The notes under the pieces are model-generated. The model had not been told where the DNA came from. It saw only the letters and a list, made by a program, of their open reading frames with translations, and ran no database searches. A stretch of DNA of 64,000 nt, taken from NCBI GenBank assembly GCA_030647355.1, contig JAUSIS010000013.1, positions 48,353-112,352 of the forward strand. The letters run 5' to 3'. This DNA is from a bacterium (lineage in GTDB: Bacteria; Patescibacteriota; UBA1384; VFKW01). Of the stretch, positions 57,644 through 64,000 are shown piece by piece (within the stretch, counting starts at the first letter, position 1; every line of letters begins with the position of its first letter). The position numbers were made by a program, and so were the translations under genes.

Positions 57644-57825
57644 TGGCTCCGAGACTAGGATTTTCACCCCTCACTTTCATGGCTGCCGGACTAGGACTCG
57701 AACCTAGATTAACAGGACCAGAACCTGTCGTCCTACCGTTAGACGATCCGGCAAAATATAAAGTGAGGGGCAGACCTAGGTTCCAAGGTCCAGAACCTTG
57801 TGTCCTACCGCTAGACGATCCCGGA
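57644..57825 (-). tRNA. outer tRNA-Gln(CTG) interrupted in the T-loop (5' part 57772-57825, 3' part 57644-57665)
   Basis: Acceptor TCCGGGA/TCTCGGA+G+CCA, anticodon arm CAAGG-TTCTGGA-CCTTG, T-stem CTAGG/CCTAG; T-loop replaced by a helix enclosing the inner tRNA. Confidence 0.8.
57680..57753 (-). tRNA. inner intact tRNA-Gln(CTG)
   Basis: TGCCGGA/TCCGGCA+G+CCA, ACAGG-TTCTGGT-CCTGT, GGTTCGAGTCC. Confidence 0.93.
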
Positions 57826-57837
57826 TTACATTAATTA

Positions 57838-57866
57838 TTATACCTGCAAATCAGATAACTGTAAAT
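57838..57866 (-). promoter_or_regulatory. sigma70 promoter of the nested tRNA
   Basis: TTTACA-17 nt-TATAAT. Confidence 0.65.
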
Positions 57867-57886
57867 AATAATAAATGAGATACGGG

Positions 57887-58984
57887 TTAAGCCAACCTAA
57901 ATTCTTCAGGAATTGAAGGCATCCCGTGAATAGCTCCGGGCGCCGGGCCATCGCTTTTCATGAGTCCGCCTTTCTCCAGATTAATCAAATGCGACACAAT
58001 TTCACTCTGAGGCACATTTTTACCCGAGATATATTGATATTGCTTGCCAAGATGCTCTTCAATCCAATACTTATATGTCGGATGATCGGCTAATATTATT
58101 ATCGGCACGCTACCAGATTTCTTATCTTCAACCAAAGCGGAGAAAAAATCTTCCCCCATCATGCCAGCCAAACCATAATCAACAACAATTCCATTAATAG
58201 GAAACTTTGCTATATACGAGTGAAATTCATCCACGCTCGTCAATGAAACTACATTCCACTTTCGCTTAAAAAATTCCTTATTTAAATATTCCCTCGTGCC
58301 ATCGCCTACATTAACAAATACTACTTTACCAAATATCCTATTCCTGCCCCTGGCCAGTAACAATAAAATTAGGGCAAGAAACATTCCAAATATTATCCCC
58401 GAAACATGCGCCAAATACGCCACACCGCTCGATCTTGCAGAACTTACACTCAAGATATTAACCACTAAATAGTATCCTACAGCAATCCAAGCAGGAAGCT
58501 GAAAAACATAATAACGGATAAAAAGCCAAGTAAAAAACTTAATATCGTCCTTAGGCAAGATAATCATATAAGCGCCCATTGCTCCTGAAATTGCACCAGA
58601 AGCGCCCAGTAAGCCGAGAAACTGGCCACCGGATGCAAGATCGAAAGCCAAAGTACTCATAATCCCTGAAACAAAGTAAATTAATACAAAACGCCATATG
58701 CCAACCATTCTTTCCAAACGACTTCCAAAAAGCCATAAGAAAAACATATTGCTAAAAATATGCATAAAGCTGGCATGAGTAAACATAGCCGTGATTAAGG
58801 TTTGATAATTCCCGCCTAATCGATCCGTGGGACGGTAAATCAACGTTTCAATATTAAAACCAGGAATTAATTTTAGATTATAAATAAGATATACAGCGAT
58901 ATTAATTAATATTATTGTCACTACTGCCCATGGAAATCTATAACTCAGAAGTTTAGAAACTGCCTTCAGCGGAAGAAAAAACAC
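57887..58984 (-). CDS. rhomboid intramembrane protease fused to a degenerate receiver-like domain
   Basis: FTHASFMHIFSNM, GASG, AH; C-terminal IVVDYGLAGMMG...VPIIILA. Confidence 0.85.
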   Translation of the reverse strand: MFFLPLKAVSKLLSYRFPWAVVTIILINIAVYLIYNLKLIPGFNIETLIYRPTDRLGGNYQTLITAMFTHASFMHIFSNMFFLWLFGSRLERMVGIWRFVLIYFVSGIMSTLAFDLASGGQFLGLLGASGAISGAMGAYMIILPKDDIKFFTWLFIRYYVFQLPAWIAVGYYLVVNILSVSSARSSGVAYLAHVSGIIFGMFLALILLLLARGRNRIFGKVVFVNVGDGTREYLNKEFFKRKWNVVSLTSVDEFHSYIAKFPINGIVVDYGLAGMMGEDFFSALVEDKKSGSVPIIILADHPTYKYWIEEHLGKQYQYISGKNVPQSEIVSHLINLEKGGLMKSDGPAPGAIHGMPSIPEEFRLA

Positions 58985-59001
58985 ACACCCTCCTACTCAA
59001 A

Positions 59002-60474
59002 TCACTTCTCCAGCTTCGTAATCGCGTCTTGAATACGTTTAAGAGACCTCTCCTTACCCAGCACGCTCAAGAGCTCAAAAACCCCGGGCGACGCTTTCTC
59101 GCCGGTCAAGGCCACTCTAATCGGCCACAGAAGTTCCCCATTGGTAATTTTCAACTTTGCAACTGTACCAATCAAGGTTTTTTCCAGATTATCAGGTCCG
59201 AATATTTCAATCTCTTGGAGTTCGGCTAGCCCCGCCTTTAAATAATTGGCAATATCGCTTTTTTTAGCATTCTTAGGAACCAAGAGTTCAGCGTCATAAT
59301 TTAAATCATTACCAAAAAAGTAATGTGTCAGTTCGCAAATCTCATCTAATCTTTTCATTCTCTCTTGAACCATACTTACTGCCTGCAATAAATATTCCGG
59401 CTTTGCTTGTGCTTCGATAAATGCGGCAGGATTGCATTTTTCCATAAATGGCAAACATAAGTTTGCTAAATCGCCAATCTTCTTCTGTCTTATATAATAA
59501 CCATTGATATAATCGAGTCTTTGAATATCAAATATTGCCGGACTCTTACTTACCTTATCCAGCGAAAATTCTGTCTCTAAATCCCCTAAACTAAAAATCT
59601 CTTTATCATTTGCCGGATGCCATCCTAAAAGCGCCATAAAGTTAATCATTGCCTCGGGTAGATACCCTTTATCGCGGAAATCTTCTGTTAGCGACGCCGG
59701 ATTTTTTCTTTTTGAAATCTTAGATTTATCAGGATTCAAAATTAATGGTAGATGCCCATACTCAGGAGCCATAAGACCAAGCGCCTTAAACAAAAGCAAC
59801 TGCTTAGGAGTATTAGATAAATGATCTTCAGCCCTAAGCACGTGAGAAATTTTCATTAAACTGTCATCAATTAAATTTGTCAGTAAAAATAATGGATTAC
59901 CATCTGATCCGACGATGACAAAATCACCGAATAAGGACATATCAAACTTCATTGGTCCTTTTATCAAGTCATCAAACTCAATAACTTCATCGCTTACTTT
60001 GAACCGTATAGCTGGCTTCTTCCCCTCCTTTGTCAATCCGGCAATATCGCTTTCACTAAGGCCGCGGCATTTGCCCGAATACTTCGGCATCTGGTGAGCT
60101 TTTTCCTGCTTTTCTCGCTCCTCTGCCAGCTCTTCTTGACTGCAGAAACAATAATATGCATCTTTGCTCTCCGCCATCCGATCAATAAATTCCTTATAAA
60201 TCTCGGCTCGTTCGCTTTGACGATAAGGTCCATACCGGCCATCGCTCATCGGTCCCTCATCCCAAGAAAGCCCAAGCCAAGATAAGCCCTCTAGAATATC
60301 AATTTCCGATTCCGGAGTTGACCTGACTTTATCAGAATCTTCTATGCGCAAAACAAATTTACCACCAAATTTCTTAGCAAAAAGATAATTAAAAAGAGCT
60401 GTCCTAGCCGATCCGAAATGTAATTTTCCGGTTGGAGAAGGCGCAAACCTCACTCTTACTAACTCGTCCATCAA
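59002..60474 (-). CDS. gltX: glutamate--tRNA ligase
   Basis: RFAPSPTG.LHFG, LRIEDSD, YRQSER, KISKR. Confidence 0.96.
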   Translation of the reverse strand: MMDELVRVRFAPSPTGKLHFGSARTALFNYLFAKKFGGKFVLRIEDSDKVRSTPESEIDILEGLSWLGLSWDEGPMSDGRYGPYRQSERAEIYKEFIDRMAESKDAYYCFCSQEELAEEREKQEKAHQMPKYSGKCRGLSESDIAGLTKEGKKPAIRFKVSDEVIEFDDLIKGPMKFDMSLFGDFVIVGSDGNPLFLLTNLIDDSLMKISHVLRAEDHLSNTPKQLLLFKALGLMAPEYGHLPLILNPDKSKISKRKNPASLTEDFRDKGYLPEAMINFMALLGWHPANDKEIFSLGDLETEFSLDKVSKSPAIFDIQRLDYINGYYIRQKKIGDLANLCLPFMEKCNPAAFIEAQAKPEYLLQAVSMVQERMKRLDEICELTHYFFGNDLNYDAELLVPKNAKKSDIANYLKAGLAELQEIEIFGPDNLEKTLIGTVAKLKITNGELLWPIRVALTGEKASPGVFELLSVLGKERSLKRIQDAITKLEK

Positions 60475-60488
60475 AACTCCATCTTTAC

Positions 60489-60845
60489 TTAGCCCTCAAC
60501 TGCACTATAAATATAATTAATCCGTGGCAATCCACCAAAATCATTAATCGCCACCACATCTATGCGAAGCTGCGAATCAGGGTATTGCTTACTCAATTCG
60601 CGCGCCAGCAATCGTAGTTTCTTCTGCTTGGCCAAATCAACTTTCTCCTCGGCAATCCCATAACCACCGCTAGCTCTTGTCTTAACCTCTACAATAACTA
60701 TCGTATCTGCATCTTGAGCTAGAATGTCAATCTCGCCTACAGTCATTCTAACATTAGTTTCTAAAATTTTCATCCCTTTTTGAGCCAAAAAATGGCAAGC
60801 CATAGACTCGCCACTTTTACCTGTCTCTTTTCTTTGAAATGTCAT
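60489..60845 (-). CDS. YraN family protein
   Basis: G..GE..A..FL, GEIDI, VEVKTR, RIDVVAI. Confidence 0.9.
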   Translation of the reverse strand: MTFQRKETGKSGESMACHFLAQKGMKILETNVRMTVGEIDILAQDADTIVIVEVKTRASGGYGIAEEKVDLAKQKKLRLLARELSKQYPDSQLRIDVVAINDFGGLPRINYIYSAVEG

Positions 60846-60854
60846 TACCTGTCC

Positions 60855-61433
60855 TTATTCTTTGGAGTTCTCTGGTTTGTCCTGTACTTCTGAGGAATTT
60901 TCATCAGATTCAATACTGACTTCAGGTGCTTGAACTGGCTCATCAACAGCCTCTTCTATAGTCTCAAAATCTTCTGCTTGCGGTGCTTCTGCTTCCCCCG
61001 ATTCCTCAACCACCTCATTTACTTCATCTTCTTGAGCTGGCTTACTTGGAACCACTAGCTCTTCCCAAGATTCCGCTTTCACCGAATCAGATCGAAGCCG
61101 GGCTTTGCGCCCTGTCAACTGACGAATATAATAAAGTTTAGCTTTACGCACCTTACTGGCTTTTACTCTTTCAATTTTAGCAATCTTTGGTGAATGTAAA
61201 GGAAAAGTCCTCTCCACACCAACTCCGGAAGCAATACGCCTAACAGTAAATGAGCCATCCATGCCCCGACTGCCGGAGACTGAAATCACCAGACCTTCAA
61301 AAACCTGTATACGCTCTTTACCGGCTTCGACAATCCTCTGGTGTACTCGAACAACATCACCGGAACGCAAAACTGGCACTTTTTTCTTTAAATGTTTCGA
61401 CTCAACCAATGCAATTAACGGATGTTTACCCAT
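60855..61433 (-). CDS. rplS: 50S ribosomal protein L19 with long acidic C-terminal tail
   Basis: GDVVRVH, RIQVFEG, FTVRRI..GVGVER.FP, KVRKAKLYY. Confidence 0.95.
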   Translation of the reverse strand: MGKHPLIALVESKHLKKKVPVLRSGDVVRVHQRIVEAGKERIQVFEGLVISVSGSRGMDGSFTVRRIASGVGVERTFPLHSPKIAKIERVKASKVRKAKLYYIRQLTGRKARLRSDSVKAESWEELVVPSKPAQEDEVNEVVEESGEAEAPQAEDFETIEEAVDEPVQAPEVSIESDENSSEVQDKPENSKE

Positions 61434-61469
61434 ATCAAAATCCTTTCCATAAGCAAAGATATAATAGCA

Positions 61470-61964
61470 TAAAAAAATCCTTGAGACAAGACCGGCTACA
61501 TAAGTGAGCCAACCTCTTCTCAAGGATATAATTCAGAACTTCAGAATCATAAATAATCGCTTGGCTGAGATACCAGTCAGACTTCTGACGATTTACCCCC
61601 CTCCCTTACCACTTATACTTGGCTTGCGGTGGTTACGGCAGCGACTGCCGTCTCCACGATCTTTATCACGTGACCCATATTGCCTCTGATCTTGGGCCCG
61701 ATTCCAAACGTTCGCTCGGCCGCTGTGCTCAGATGCACTTCCACCTCCCCTGTCCGGCCACTCACCAGACGCACCGCTTTGCACACCCCGCCACTGCCAA
61801 GCTCTTTTCCTAACCGTGACCTCAGAATCGCCAAGTCTACTTGTCTCAATCCATGCCTCCCTGCGCGAGTAATCTCTATTGCTGTCTTATGCAATAGGCA
61901 AAAGAAGCTAAAACTAGCATCTTTTGTCTAATGCAAAAGCAGATTCAATGTACAACAAAATAAT
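61470..61964 (-). ncRNA. candidate large structured ncRNA (~490 nt; partial RNase P-like motifs)
   Basis: Promoter TTGACA-17-TATTAT at 61971-61999; 10-bp closing stem 61481-61490/61840-61849; GC-rich internal hairpins. Confidence 0.5.
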
Positions 61965-62063
61965 GTTCCCATAATATCCCGAAATACGCTTCTTGTCAAT
62001 ATCGTTACCCTCTAAAACCAAAAAATCCCTCTCAGGATTTTTTGTGCTAGAAATTCAAAATAT

Positions 62064-62345
62064 TTATTTTACAATCTCGACCGCAACAACTTGAGTTTTC
62101 TCCAGCGAGCCGTCGAATTTCTTTATACTCTTGAGCTGAAACTTGACTACTCCGTCAACCTTGGCATAAATAGTATCGTCCGTTCCCATTGCCGTATTCT
62201 CACCAGCATAAAACTTACTGCCTCTCTGTCGTATAATAATGTCGCCGGTCTTTGCCTTCATACCGCCAAAAATCTTCACACCAAGTCTCTTTGATATTGA
62301 ATCGCGTCCTAATTTGCTTGTACCCTTCGCCTTTGTATGCGCCAT
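62064..62345 (-). CDS. rpmA: 50S ribosomal protein L27
   Basis: MAHTKAKG...[17 protein letters not shown]. Confidence 0.96.
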   Translation of the reverse strand: MAHTKAKGTSKLGRDSISKRLGVKIFGGMKAKTGDIIIRQRGSKFYAGENTAMGTDDTIYAKVDGVVKFQLKSIKKFDGSLEKTQVVAVEIVK

Positions 62346-62460
62346 AATTAACTCCTTAACTACCCGTCCATTATATATCAACTATTCCGTTTGGTCAATA
62401 AGTTTGCTAATGTGAAAACGGCATCAGTCCAACAATGATAATAACAAACTAGGGTAAAAA

Positions 62461-64000
62461 ATGGCTAAATTCGTCCACTTACATACCCATAGCCACTACT
62501 CCTTGCTCGATGGATTGGGAAAAATCCCCGAACTTGTTAAACGTGCCAAAGAATTAGATATGACAGCTCTTGCTCTAACTGATCATGGAGTAATGTACGG
62601 AGCAATCGAGTTTTATCAAGAATGTATAAAAGCCGGCATTAAACCGATAATCGGCGCCGAATTATACCTTGCCCAGCGTACCCTGAAAGACAAAACCCCA
62701 AAAATAGACAGTTCACCCTATCATCAAATCTTACTGGCTAAAAACTTTGCAGGATATCAAAATTTAATGAAACTGACATCCATCGGTTACTTACAAGGCT
62801 TTTACTACAAACCACGTATTGACCTCGAAACTCTGGCAAAATACTCGGAAGGTCTCATAGGAACTTCCGCCTGTTTAGCTGGAATAATCCCCCAAAAAGC
62901 CCTAAGCGGCGACATGGCAGGCGCCAAGAAAGCTGCCAAACAATTATCGGACATCTTCGGAAAGGACAACTTCTACCTCGAACTCCAGTATCATCCCAAT
63001 CTGGACGGACAAAAAAAAGCTAATGAACTGCTGATAAAAATAGCTCGCGAACTCTCATTACCCCTCGTTGCTACCAATGATATCCACTATGTTAGGGCAA
63101 AAGACAAAGAAACCCACGAAGTCCTTCTTGCAGTCAATACTGGCAAAGATTTGGATGACAAGGATCGTATGACCCTAAGCGATATTGACCTGTATATGGA
63201 AGACGAAGAATTTTTTAAAACTAATTTCAAAAATGTACCGGAAGTTATCGAAAATACAGCCAGAATCGCCAACGCCTGCAACCTCGAGATTCCCCTAGAT
63301 CAGAAACTCCTTCCGCATTTCAAAGTCCCGACAAATCAGACTGATGCAGAATACCTGCGCGATCTATGTGAAGAAGGATTGAAAAAACGCTATAGCATAA
63401 TTACTTCTGAAATAGAAAAACGGCTTGACTACGAACTAGATACCATCAACCAAATGGGATTTGCCTCCTACTTTTTGATAGTCGCCGATATCGTATCATG
63501 GGCGAAAAATCAAGGCATTCTGTGCGGACCCAGAGGATCAGCCGCCAGCGCCCTGGTCGCTTATGTTCTAAACATTGCCGATATTGACCCCTTGAAATAT
63601 AATATGCCTTTTGAAAGATTCCTCAATCCGGACCGCATTTCCATGCCGGATATAGACATGGACTTTCCCGATGACCGCCGGGCAGAAATTATCCAATACG
63701 TCCGCGACAAATACGGAGACGACCATGTTGCCGGAATAATTACCTACGGAACTATGATGTCGCGCGCTGCCGTGCGCGACGTTGGCCGCGCCCTTGGCAT
63801 CCCATATGGCGAAGTTGATACTATAGCGAAATTGGTTCCTCCGCCAATTCAAGGACGCTACACGCCCCTGCAAGAATCCATCAAAAATTCGCCCGAGCTA
63901 AAATCAATTTACGAATCTAATCCACAAACTAAACGTCTTCTTGATTTAGCGTCAAATATCGAGGGTACAGTCCGGCATGCCTCACAGCACGCCTGTGCAG
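62461..64000 (+). CDS. dnaE: DNA polymerase III alpha subunit (3'-truncated by window edge; absent from the ORF track)
   Basis: MAKFVHLHTHSHYSLLDG, ALTDHG, ATNDIHY, FERFLNPDRISMPDIDMDF. Confidence 0.96.
   Translation, partial: MAKFVHLHTHSHYSLLDGLGKIPELVKRAKELDMTALALTDHGVMYGAIEFYQECIKAGIKPIIGAELYLAQRTLKDKTPKIDSSPYHQILLAKNFAGYQNLMKLTSIGYLQGFYYKPRIDLETLAKYSEGLIGTSACLAGIIPQKALSGDMAGAKKAAKQLSDIFGKDNFYLELQYHPNLDGQKKANELLIKIARELSLPLVATNDIHYVRAKDKETHEVLLAVNTGKDLDDKDRMTLSDIDLYMEDEEFFKTNFKNVPEVIENTARIANACNLEIPLDQKLLPHFKVPTNQTDAEYLRDLCEEGLKKRYSIITSEIEKRLDYELDTINQMGFASYFLIVADIVSWAKNQGILCGPRGSAASALVAYVLNIADIDPLKYNMPFERFLNPDRISMPDIDMDFPDDRRAEIIQYVRDKYGDDHVAGIITYGTMMSRAAVRDVGRALGIPYGEVDTIAKLVPPPIQGRYTPLQESIKNSPELKSIYESNPQTKRLLDLASNIEGTVRHASQHACA

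Noticed and set aside
61593-61931. Protein-coding ORFs of 63-93 aa between rplS and rpmA
   Set aside because: Overlapping on both strands, no recognisable motifs or convincing SD; better explained by a GC-rich structured RNA.
55-63873. Many short antisense or out-of-frame ORFs in the ORF track
   Set aside because: They are shadows of well-supported genes, for example 63087-63281 and 63568-63873 opposite dnaE.

Overview
Bacterial chromosomal window in the standard genetic code, most likely from a CPR/Patescibacteria genome (inferred from gene content: type IV pilus cluster, PaaX/Cas2-like gene, large FN3 surface protein with ABC transporter, no amino-acid biosynthesis genes in the window). 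Core genes are gpmI (partial), tatD, metG, rsmI, rsmA, pcrA, dnaB, dnaX, folE, gltX, rplS, rpmA and dnaE (partial). It also carries a pilB-C-minor pilin-MNO cluster, an Fe-S/oxidative-stress operon, a GT2/GH26/deacetylase locus, several two-component proteins and three tRNA genes. Most notable: (1) a complete tRNA-Gln(CTG) nested in the T-loop of a second, otherwise intact tRNA-Gln(CTG), clamped by a 12-bp helix; (2) an AT-rich cassette of an SD-led 8-codon ORF, SemiSWEET, ThiF, an AMP-ligase-like enzyme and a 7TM histidine kinase with two receivers, resembling an undescribed signal-synthesis/sensing (quorum-sensing-like) system; (3) two paralogous leader-peptide attenuators (Leu-rich and Trp/Phe-rich) ahead of unknown genes; (4) a PaaX/Cas2-like gene bracketed by 34-bp palindromic direct repeats; (5) a 16-bp palindrome found between genes and in frame inside three proteins; (6) three orphan promoter-driven structured RNA candidates; (7) HU-PilB and rhomboid-receiver fusions. 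All calls were made by eye; no database searches or folding programs were run.
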